Shown here: piece by piece, positions 1-7,117 of the stretch
Position numbering within the stretch: position 1 is the stretch's first letter
Layout of the letters: every line of letters begins with the position of its first letter
Made by a program: the position numbers and the translations under genes
The notes under the pieces: generated by a model
What the model saw: the letters and a program-made list of their open reading frames with translations, nothing else
The model's database searches: none
Told to the model about the DNA's origin: nothing
DNA from: Candidatus Zixiibacteriota bacterium
GTDB lineage: Bacteria > Zixibacteria > MSB-5A5 > GN15 > FEB-12
NCBI GenBank assembly: GCA_041742355.1
Contig: JBGSIV010000072.1
Coordinates: 1-10,241, forward strand
DNA length: 10,241 nucleotides
Direction: 5' to 3'

Positions 1-2103
1 GCCGTCCTCGCCGTCATCGCCGGAGGCGACAGCAATACAGTCTCGGGCATCGGCGGCGTTATCGGCGGCGGTCGGCGCAACTTTGTGGCCGGAGATTACT
101 CCGCCATCCTCGGCGGTCAGGACGATTCGGTCTTCGCCACCGCCGATCTCTCGTACCTCTTCGGCATCAACTCGAAACTGACCGAAGACTCAACCTTCAT
201 GGTCCACATGCCGCACATCCGCTTTGGCAGCGAAGCCACCGGCTATGAATTTCCTCCGGCCGATGGTTCTCCTGGCGACGCTTTGGTCACCGACGGGGCT
301 GGAACCGTCTCCTGGCAAGCAGTCGGCGGCGGGTCCAGCGGATGGACCGACGACGGCACCGTTCTGCGCCTCGATACCTCCACTGACTCCGTCGGAATCG
401 GCACCGCCACGCCGACCAGGAAACTGGAGGTGGCCGGGAGCATGAAAGTCACTGACACCGTCTTCACCAACCACGTTTCCAGTAACAGCCCGCTGGCTTT
501 GCACGCGCCGGCCGGATCAGTGCGCGTCTATCTCGATGACGCCACCGGCAATGTCGGTGTCGGTACCTCGACTCCCGCCCAGAAACTCGATGTCTCCGGG
601 ACTGTCCAGATGAGCGGTCTGAAACTCACGACCGGTGCAACCAACGGATACGTTCTGACCACCGACGCCACCGGTGTTGGCACCTGGCAGGCGGCCGGAG
701 GTGGCTCCACCGGCTGGACCGATGGCGGCACCAAGGTGACGTTAAACACCTCCACCGATTCCGTCGGCATCGGTACCGCTACGCCCACCGCGAAACTGGA
801 CGTGTCCGGAGATACAAAGATCACGGGCAAAGCAACCATCGGCACTGGCCATACGAATACCGGCGCGAACGCCTTTGTGGCAGGATCAAATAACTCCGTC
901 ACCGGCAGCAATGCAACCGTTGCGGGGGGCAATGCAAATTCCGCAGGAGGTGACTACGGTTTCGTCGGCGGTGGGCTCGAGAACACGCAAGTAGGTTTAT
1001 ACAGCGCCATCGCTGGTGGAAGGGACAATTACGCAGTCGCCTCCGGATTTGTGGGTGGCGGACAACGAGACAGCGTAAAAGGGGCGTCCAGTTCCATCGT
1101 CGGTGGTACTGACAACAAGATCACCGCTAGCCTCTCCTTCATCGGCGGCGGTACCGACAATTTGGCCTCCGCAGCCTGGACCACTGTTGGCGGCGGCAGA
1201 AACGACACCGCTTCTGGAGATCACGCTACTGTTGGAGGAGGTAAAGACAATCACGCCTCGGGACCCACCTCGGTCATCTCCGGCGGAGTGTGGAACAAAG
1301 CGAGCGGCCCTGAGTCCTATGTTGGTGGGGGTAATTCAAACACTGCAAGCGGCCAGCGGTCCGCAATAGCCGGTGGTAGCGGCAATACTGCGGGCGGGTT
1401 CGCAGCCGCGATTGGGGGCGGGTGGTTTTGCACAGCCTCGGGTGATTATTCCACGGTAGCTGGCGGTTCGGGAACGCAGGCAACGGGTCTGTACTCGGTT
1501 GTAAGCGGAGGCCTTAGCAACAAGGCAACTGCCGATTATTCCATTGCGGCAGGTGGTGTGGGCAACGAAACGAGTGGCAGAGGATCATTCGTGGCTGGAA
1601 GGAGTTCCAGGGCTCGACACGCTGGATGTTTCGTATTTGCCGATTCACTTAGCACTTCGGATTCTTTGGTAACCTCAGGCGTGAACCAGTTTCTCGTCCG
1701 CTCTTCTGGCGGCGCGAGATTCTACTCGAATGCGGCCAAAACCACCGGCGTTACCCTTGCCGCCGGCGGCGGCTCATGGGCCTCCGTCTCCGACCGAAAC
1801 GTCAAAGAGAACATCGAGTCCGTCGACGGATCCGAGATCCTCGATAAACTCGCCGAAATCCCCATCTCCGAATGGAACTACATCTCGCAAGACGACAGCA
1901 TCCGCCATATCGGCCCAATGGCCCAGGACTTCTACGAAGCCTTCGGTATCGGCGAAGATGATCGCCACATTACCGCGATCGACGCCGACGGTGTGGCTCT
2001 CGCGGCAATCAAAGCCCTGCATGCAGAGAACAAAGACCTCAAAAAACAACTGGCGGAAATGAAGAAGCTGCTGGAAAAACTTTCCCGCCAAATCGAGAAA
2101 TAA
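1..2103 (+). CDS. 5'-truncated trimeric fibre/adhesin-like protein: Gly-rich 15-aa beta-helical repeats, VGIGT-x-x-P repeats and a C-terminal peptidase S74 intramolecular chaperone with coiled coil
   Basis: The frame is open from base 1 (AVLAVIAGGDSN...), so GTG 85 is not the true start. About 17-18 repeats of the type GDHATVGGGKDNHAS lie at ~862-1640. Three VG[IV]GTxTPxxKL[DE]V[AS]G motifs. The S74 signature is SDRNVKENI (Ser at 1789-1791)...IGPMAQDF...DADGVALAAIKAL, followed by a heptad coiled coil and TAA. Confidence 0.88.
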   Translation, partial: AVLAVIAGGDSNTVSGIGGVIGGGRRNFVAGDYSAILGGQDDSVFATADLSYLFGINSKLTEDSTFMVHMPHIRFGSEATGYEFPPADGSPGDALVTDGAGTVSWQAVGGGSSGWTDDGTVLRLDTSTDSVGIGTATPTRKLEVAGSMKVTDTVFTNHVSSNSPLALHAPAGSVRVYLDDATGNVGVGTSTPAQKLDVSGTVQMSGLKLTTGATNGYVLTTDATGVGTWQAAGGGSTGWTDGGTKVTLNTSTDSVGIGTATPTAKLDVSGDTKITGKATIGTGHTNTGANAFVAGSNNSVTGSNATVAGGNANSAGGDYGFVGGGLENTQVGLYSAIAGGRDNYAVASGFVGGGQRDSVKGASSSIVGGTDNKITASLSFIGGGTDNLASAAWTTVGGGRNDTASGDHATVGGGKDNHASGPTSVISGGVWNKASGPESYVGGGNSNTASGQRSAIAGGSGNTAGGFAAAIGGGWFCTASGDYSTVAGGSGTQATGLYSVVSGGLSNKATADYSIAAGGVGNETSGRGSFVAGRSSRARHAGCFVFADSLSTSDSLVTSGVNQFLVRSSGGARFYSNAAKTTGVTLAAGGGSWASVSDRNVKENIESVDGSEILDKLAEIPISEWNYISQDDSIRHIGPMAQDFYEAFGIGEDDRHITAIDADGVALAAIKALHAENKDLKKQLAEMKKLLEKLSRQIEK

Positions 2104-2132
2104 CCCCATGCCTGTTCTGCGCTTCGCGAAAA

Positions 2133-2159
2133 GCCCCGGCTCCCCGCCGGGGTTTTTTT
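2133..2159 (+). terminator. Rho-independent terminator of the fibre gene
   Basis: Stem GCCCCGGC (2133-2140) / GCCGGGGT (2146-2153), loop TCCCC, followed by a T run to 2159; 30 nt after the stop codon. Confidence 0.9.
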
Positions 2160-2244
2160 ATTCCGGCGGAGATTCCTACTCCGCGCAATCGGACGACGCC
2201 TCGAGCACAATCGCTGGGTAACGATACCGCGCAATCCCCCCACC

Positions 2245-2271
2245 AAAAAAAACGGAGCCCGCCGGGCTCCG
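2245..2271 (-). terminator. Rho-independent terminator of the minus-strand lipoprotein gene
   Basis: Perfect stem CGGAGCCC (2253-2260) / GGGCTCCG (2264-2271). The A8 run at 2245-2252 is a U-tract on the minus strand. It lies ~27 nt beyond the TAG at 2299-2301. Confidence 0.9.
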
Positions 2272-2298
2272 CTATTCACAGACAGACAATCACATCGG

Positions 2299-2988
2299 CT
2301 ACTGCACATCGAAACTGCTGACGATATTCTCTTCCACAATCGACCGGGCCGACGCCAGTTGCTCGTTGTCCGGATTTACCAGCCCGCCGGTACCGTCCTG
2401 GAACCACAGAGTGTAGTCGAAGTGGAACGTCACCGTCGCGGACCCCTTGTCTGCGATCGTCAGCGGCGCAAAGTCATGTACCTGCTCTTCATCGAGCTCC
2501 GTCGTGAAAAGAAATGTCTGCGTCGTGTCGCCGTTGAGATAGCCTTCCACGCGAAGACTGTAGTTCTGCAGTTCAGGATTGGCGTTCCACGCCGCGGAGT
2601 CGGCCGGCTCCAGCTTCTCCATGCGGATGAGCGATGACGAGTATTCGCCGGGGTTGATCACCGCGATATCCACGATCTGCCTGCTTCCGGTGAGATCGAG
2701 TTCCACAATTTTTGGTTCATGCTCGGCGGAGATGAACACGATGGTATCGTTCACTCCGCGAGCTTCGACCCGCCCGATGACCACTCGCGCGCTCTGTATA
2801 TTGATCCGGGAAATGTCGCCGACCGAGTCCGCGACCACTTCGCCGTTGCCGCCGATCGGTCCGGCCATGAAGGCGGCCGCCATGATGGTCTGGTCCGGCG
2901 ACGTCGAGTCAGAGCAGCCTGTTGCTGCCAGTGCGACTGCGACAGCCGCCATGGGCAGCCAGCCCTTGCGATAGTTCTCTGCTTTCAT
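2299..2988 (-). CDS. Putative lipoprotein, beta-sandwich (DUF4382-like), 229 aa
   Basis: ATG at 2988 is preceded by purine-rich GGAAAGGG. MKAENYRKGWLPMAAVAVALAATG-C is a basic/hydrophobic signal with a lipobox. Motifs VELDLTG, INPGEY, SLRVEGYLNG, DYTLWFQDGTGGLVNP and IVEENIVSSF resemble DUF4382-like lipoproteins (family assignment tentative). Confidence 0.8.
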   Translation of the reverse strand: MKAENYRKGWLPMAAVAVALAATGCSDSTSPDQTIMAAAFMAGPIGGNGEVVADSVGDISRINIQSARVVIGRVEARGVNDTIVFISAEHEPKIVELDLTGSRQIVDIAVINPGEYSSSLIRMEKLEPADSAAWNANPELQNYSLRVEGYLNGDTTQTFLFTTELDEEQVHDFAPLTIADKGSATVTFHFDYTLWFQDGTGGLVNPDNEQLASARSIVEENIVSSFDVQ

Positions 2989-3039
2989 GCAATAGACCCT
3001 TTCCACAAAGAAGTGCTGACTCTCCGACCGTGGTGCATG

Positions 3040-3072
3040 GTGGGACCGGGCGGTGGAACAGCAACCGCCCGG
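3040..3072 (+). repeat. GC-rich palindrome, possible REP-like element (GTGG foot)
   Basis: GTGG (3040-3043), GA, then CCGGGCGGT (3046-3054), a 9-nt loop and ACCGCCCGG (3064-3072): a perfect 9-bp stem with no U-tract. Confidence 0.45.
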
Positions 3073-3430
3073 CGCTCAGGGAGTGCCTCGACGATGGGAT
3101 CGAGAGTCGAGATCATGGATTCATGTAGTCAATGAAAAGGTTCGGCACCCGGACCGGGTAACCTTAGCGCAAACACTGGACTGACCAGCTGAATTTCTGC
3201 GCAGAAGCGAAAGATTTCCATGCTATCGGCTAACCGGTTCATATACATCAACTTGCATTGATTCGGCTACAGCAAAGAACCGGCCTGAAGAAAATATGTA
3301 AGCACTTACGAAACATGGCCCGATCAGTCTCCGTATCGAACAGTGCGACGTCGCGCGTTACCATCAGCCCAGTACGGGGCTGTGCCCACTGCAGATGAAC
3401 GTCCTGTATTGCACAACCATGGAGGCCGGT

Positions 3431-4954
3431 ATGCCGACGCTTCTCACATCGATAACCACCCGTGGCCGCCTCGCTCGACCACACCCGATCAGCGTGCCCG
3501 CGGTCCTGATACTCACATTCTGCTCAGTCTTGGCACTGTCCGAACTCCCTCAGGCGGCCCATATGCTCACCCCCATCACCCTTCAGAACGCCCCGAACGC
3601 CACGCACCTTGAGACGCTCACCGACCACACCGACCGCGTCTGGACGGTCGCTTTCAGCCCCGATGGCCGCCTCCTCGCCTCCTGCGCCCAGGATGGCCAC
3701 GTCTTTGTCCGCCCGGTCGATTCCCTCAGCGACGCCCGAACCCTCGGTGACTACGCGAACTGGGTCATCGGCCTGGCGTTCAGCCCCGATGGCGCGACAT
3801 TGGTCAACGGACGAACCGAGGGGTTTGGCGGTTCTCTCGGCGATATCGACATCTGGAATGTCGACGGCGATTCTCTCGAACGAACGCTGACCGGACACGG
3901 CAGCGGTATCTGGAGCCTCGATTACCAGGAAAGCACCGGCCTGTTGGCCTCGGGCAGTTTCGACGCCACCGTGCGCATCTGGAACCCCACGACCGGCGCC
4001 CTGATCCATGAATTGACCGGTCACCGCTCCGCCGTGCTGTCCGTCGACTTCAACCCGCATCAGGATCTGCTGGCGTCGTCCGGCACCGATTTCAGCGTCC
4101 GGTTGTGGAATACCATTACCGGAGATTCGGTCCGCGTGCTGAGCGGCCACACCAATAACGTCGGCTATGTAAAATTCAGCCCCGATGGCACCACCATCGC
4201 ATCCTCCGCCGACGATAACACTGTCCGCCTCTGGAATGTCGCCGACGGCTCCCTCGTCTGGTCCAGGTCCTGCGGCCAGGGTTGGGTCAACTGCGTGAAT
4301 TTCAACCCCGACGGCACCCTCATGGTCACGTGCGGACACAACGGCTCCGTCGTCCTGCGCGATGCCGCCACGGGCGCCGAACTGAAGCGCCTCTCCGGTC
4401 ACACCGCCCCGGTTCTCCGTGCGGCGTTCAGTCCCGATGGCACCCTGCTGGCGACCGCCTCCTGGGACAACACCGTCCGCCTCTGGGGCGTCGAGATGGA
4501 CGCCGACGGCGACGCTGTCCCTGATGCCTCCGACAACTGCCCCGGCACGTCCAACCCCGACCAGAGCGACGCCGACCTCGACGGCGTCGGCGACCTCTGC
4601 GACAACTGCACCGATTCCGACAACGACGGCTACGGTGATCCCGGCTATCCGGCTTCCACCTGTGCGACCGACAACTGCCCGTATGCCGCAAACCCCGATC
4701 AGGCCGACGCCAACTCCGACGGCGTCGGGGACATCTGCTGCTGCGTCGTCCGCGGCGACTTCAACCACGACAGCGGGGTCAAAGTCAGCGACCTCACCGC
4801 TATCGTCAGCTACCTCTTCAAATCGGGCCTTCCGACCGGCTGCCCGGGCGAGGGGGATGTCAACAACGACAGCAGCATCAAAGTCAGCGACCTGACCTAC
4901 CTGGTGACGTTTCTGTTCAAGTCCGGCCCGCCGCCCCCGGCCTGCAACGCATGA
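3431..4954 (+). CDS. Secreted WD40 beta-propeller protein (7 blades) with thrombospondin type-3 Ca-binding repeats and a C-terminal dockerin-I-like domain, 507 aa
   Basis: GGAGG at 3421-3425 precedes ATG 3431 (preferred over 3395). Hydrophobic signal ends in ...ELPQAA. Seven GH...FSPDG...D.TVRLW repeats at ~3620-4490. DxDxDxxPDxxDNCPxxxNPDQxDxDxDGVGDxC repeats at 4499-4735. Duplicated GD[FV]NxDSx[VI]KVSDLTxxVxxLFKSG dockerin with Cys residues at 4736-4951. Confidence 0.92.
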   Translation: MPTLLTSITTRGRLARPHPISVPAVLILTFCSVLALSELPQAAHMLTPITLQNAPNATHLETLTDHTDRVWTVAFSPDGRLLASCAQDGHVFVRPVDSLSDARTLGDYANWVIGLAFSPDGATLVNGRTEGFGGSLGDIDIWNVDGDSLERTLTGHGSGIWSLDYQESTGLLASGSFDATVRIWNPTTGALIHELTGHRSAVLSVDFNPHQDLLASSGTDFSVRLWNTITGDSVRVLSGHTNNVGYVKFSPDGTTIASSADDNTVRLWNVADGSLVWSRSCGQGWVNCVNFNPDGTLMVTCGHNGSVVLRDAATGAELKRLSGHTAPVLRAAFSPDGTLLATASWDNTVRLWGVEMDADGDAVPDASDNCPGTSNPDQSDADLDGVGDLCDNCTDSDNDGYGDPGYPASTCATDNCPYAANPDQADANSDGVGDICCCVVRGDFNHDSGVKVSDLTAIVSYLFKSGLPTGCPGEGDVNNDSSIKVSDLTYLVTFLFKSGPPPPACNA

Positions 4955-4969
4955 AGCAATCGCCGGTCG

Positions 4970-5059
4970 GGTTCCGAGGAGCCATGGTTCGGGAAACAAC
5001 GGCCCGGGCGACCATAACCCGGGAGATGATTGCCCGGGGAACCGTGGTCCGATGAACCT
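4970..5059. repeat. Degenerate tandem array, 6 x 15 bp
   Basis: Units: ggttccgaggagcca / tggttcgggaaacaa / cggcccgggcgacca / taacccgggagatga / ttgcccggggaaccg / tggtccgatgaacct. Consensus is ~TGGYCCGGGRAACCA, with invariant CG at unit positions 6-7. Confidence 0.75.
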
Positions 5060-5085
5060 GACGGCGCGTTCCCTCCCTTTGGTGA

Positions 5086-5115
5086 GTGGGGCACGACCGT
5101 TCTTCGGTCGTGCCC
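5086..5115 (+). repeat. REP-like element (GTGG foot plus perfect hairpin)
   Basis: GTGG at 5086-5089; 11-bp stem GGGCACGACCG (5089-5099) / CGGTCGTGCCC (5105-5115); loop TTCTT; no U-tract; intergenic. Confidence 0.65.
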
Positions 5116-5206
5116 GTACTAATGCGGGCGAAAATGGCAGACTCCCCACAACTCGGCGATGCCAGGTTCGTACTCAAGGGAAATGAACCATTCCAACGGA
5201 GAGATC

Positions 5207-6205
5207 ATGAAGACAACTGGAGCGATCTTGCTTGCCGCGCTGCTCCTCCCATTGGGGGCATGTTGCGAAGATGTCGGGGACCGCGAACCCGTCATCAAAC
5301 CATCCTTCGATGACTCCGCGGCGCGATACGTCCTGCAGAATCCTGCCCGCGCCCTCCAGATCGAGAGAGATTCCATTTGGAGTACTTTCGAAGCCTACAG
5401 AATCACGCTCGTCTGGCACGAGGGATCATCCGTCCCGGTAACCTGGGATATTTGGGAAAGGGGACTCAACCGGTTCCTCCAGGACACCTCCCTGATCACA
5501 AAGTCACTCGCTCTCGCCGATAGCCTCGGCGCCAAAGCCCATAGAGAACATTCAGCTATCGTACATCACCTAACATCCTACCTCGGCGAAAACGTCCCCC
5601 TTGATGCCTCCGTGCATTTCACCGCTTTCACCATCCCCTACGCGTTCTGTGTGGAACGCAACAAGATCGGGATCGACATTACCGGCGATGAATGGCACTT
5701 CGATACCGATTGCATCCTGAATACGGTCATTCACGAAATCTTTCACGTCGGTTTTCGGGCAACCACACCTGACGTGAGAGTTCTCGAAGACGATCCCACC
5801 GATGCAGCGTCCGCGGTGCGCTGCTGCTATGCCATTCTGCAGAACGAAGGCATGGCGACGTATGTCGGCTACACCGCCCTCAATCTCTATCCTTCAGAGT
5901 ACCGCCACGACGATTACCTGCTGCTCGAGGACAGCGCCCGTGTGGCCGACGCGCTAAGTCAGGTGAATGGACTGATTGCCGATGCCGACACCGTCGCTCT
6001 CGATACCCTGCTCCAGAGAATCTGGTATATCGGCGTGAATAAGCGGGCCTTCTACGTCGCCGGGGCCCATATGGCCAGAGTAATTGAAGCGGCCCGCGGG
6101 ACCACACGTTTGGCCGCACTCGTGCGCGAGGGGAGTCTGCCGTTCACCCGCGAATACAACGCCCTCGTGCCCGAGAACCGCAGGATTGTTCTCTCACCCC
6201 GATAA
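5207..6205 (+). CDS. Lipoprotein, putative zinc-dependent gluzincin-type metallopeptidase (DUF5700-like), 332 aa
   Basis: GGAGAG precedes ATG 5207. MKTTGAILLAALLLPLGA-C contains a lipobox. HEIFH (HExxH) at 5732-5746; third-ligand motif LQNEGMATY (Glu at 5846-5848); late FYVAGAHMARVIE helix typical of this group. Confidence 0.85.
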   Translation: MKTTGAILLAALLLPLGACCEDVGDREPVIKPSFDDSAARYVLQNPARALQIERDSIWSTFEAYRITLVWHEGSSVPVTWDIWERGLNRFLQDTSLITKSLALADSLGAKAHREHSAIVHHLTSYLGENVPLDASVHFTAFTIPYAFCVERNKIGIDITGDEWHFDTDCILNTVIHEIFHVGFRATTPDVRVLEDDPTDAASAVRCCYAILQNEGMATYVGYTALNLYPSEYRHDDYLLLEDSARVADALSQVNGLIADADTVALDTLLQRIWYIGVNKRAFYVAGAHMARVIEAARGTTRLAALVREGSLPFTREYNALVPENRRIVLSPR

Positions 6206-6234
6206 TAACGAGGCATCTTAAATGGGAGGGTCCT

Positions 6235-6243
6235 TGCTATATT
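6235..6243 (+). promoter_or_regulatory. Candidate extended -10 promoter (TGcTATATT)
   Basis: Matches TGnTAnnnT, followed by GGAG (6253-6256) and ATG (6263). No good -35 element. Confidence 0.3.
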
Positions 6244-6450
6244 GGTTCATGCGGAGTTAACCATGAGAACCCCGGACAGCGAACTTTGCCGGAAGGTGTC
6301 CGACGCCTCTCTCTGTAACGTCATGCGCCTTGCTCTGACAGCTGTTTCGTTCAACGACTGTCACCACAACCAAGGCTGTGACAAATCTCGGCGAACCCTC
6401 ATCGCTGTTATTGAGAGGAGCGGAGCAGCGATGCAATGTCTCTTCTTCTT

Positions 6451-6477
6451 GTAGGTCAGGACCTTTATGGTCCTGAC
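6451..6477 (+). repeat. REP-like element (GTAG foot plus perfect hairpin)
   Basis: GTAG (6451-6454) is immediately followed by GTCAGGACC (6455-6463), TTTAT and GGTCCTGAC (6469-6477), which is canonical REP geometry. Confidence 0.7.
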
Positions 6478-6823
6478 ATCTTCTCGTCCCGCAAGTCAAC
6501 CACAGCTATGTTATAGATCAGGGTTTCACGGAGCATGTGTCCGAGAAGCAGAAGTTTTCTAGCGCGGAGGGGCGAAAGGTCCACTCTTTTTGCGTCAGAA
6601 GGGACTGTCTCTCCACGAGTCTCCAGGGGCATTGCATCAGCATTCTCGGGAGTATCCCAACTTGAGGAAATCATTTTGTCGAAGTGGAAAAAGGGAACTG
6701 GTATCGGAATATAGCTCAATTTCGCTGTAACTGGGAGGGGGCGTCGATCCGCTGCAAATAAGCTGACAGCACGTTCCGGAGTATGTGCTATCCGAGGCTC
6801 GATCAATATCGATAACAAAGTCC

Positions 6824-6852
6824 TTGACTGGGAGCACAACAGTTGTTATTGA
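6824..6852 (+). promoter_or_regulatory. Candidate sigma70-type promoter for the 2TM/NTPase operon, with a palindrome in the spacer
   Basis: TTGACT (6824-6829), 17 bp, then TATTGA (6847-6852), with TG at 6844-6845. The spacer contains ACAAC-A-GTTGT (6836-6846). Confidence 0.35.
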
Positions 6853-7117
6853 TAAGTGGTGTGTATTTCTGGGCATCGGAGGGTCTATGAGCGCATGCGC
6901 CCACATTAGAGTTGTATAGACAGTCGGGTCAAATGCTCCATTGGATCGGGAGTGGCGACCCACTGCGCCCTACGACGTCCTATTGCTATTCGCCACGCTG
7001 GGGAACAGATTTGCTCTTCAGTCGGCCGGAACCATGGACTTTCTTGTGCCGAGACTTGCTGAGAAGCCTTTGGTCCTGAGATGTGACCTATCGCTGGCTT
7101 CGAACAGAGGACGAGCC

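Noticed and set aside
1..2103. Prophage tail-fibre locus or DGR target
   Set aside because: There are no other phage genes, no reverse transcriptase, and no TR/VR pair differing at adenines in the window.
4970..5059. Possible CRISPR array
   Set aside because: Units are 15 bp, contiguous and degenerate, with no unique spacers and no cas genes.
3524..5149. 541-aa minus-strand ORF
   Set aside because: It is the antisense shadow of the WD40/dockerin gene; strong C-ending codon bias suppresses antisense stops, and it has no motifs.
6465..6963. Minus-strand ORFs of 124 and 108 aa as genes or a frameshifted pseudogene
   Set aside because: They have TTG/GTG starts without a clear SD, overlap each other, and contain no motif I recognise. 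They cannot be supported without a homology search.
6941..7117. 59-aa N-terminal extension of the 2TM gene from TTG 6941
   Set aside because: There is no good SD at the TTG, ATG 7118 has an SD-like AGAGGA, and the extension has no recognisable features.
6206..7117. Retron msr-msd or integron attC site
   Set aside because: No RT gene or long a1/a2 inverted repeat enclosing the region, and no convincing RYYYAAC...GTTRRRY-bounded palindrome was found.
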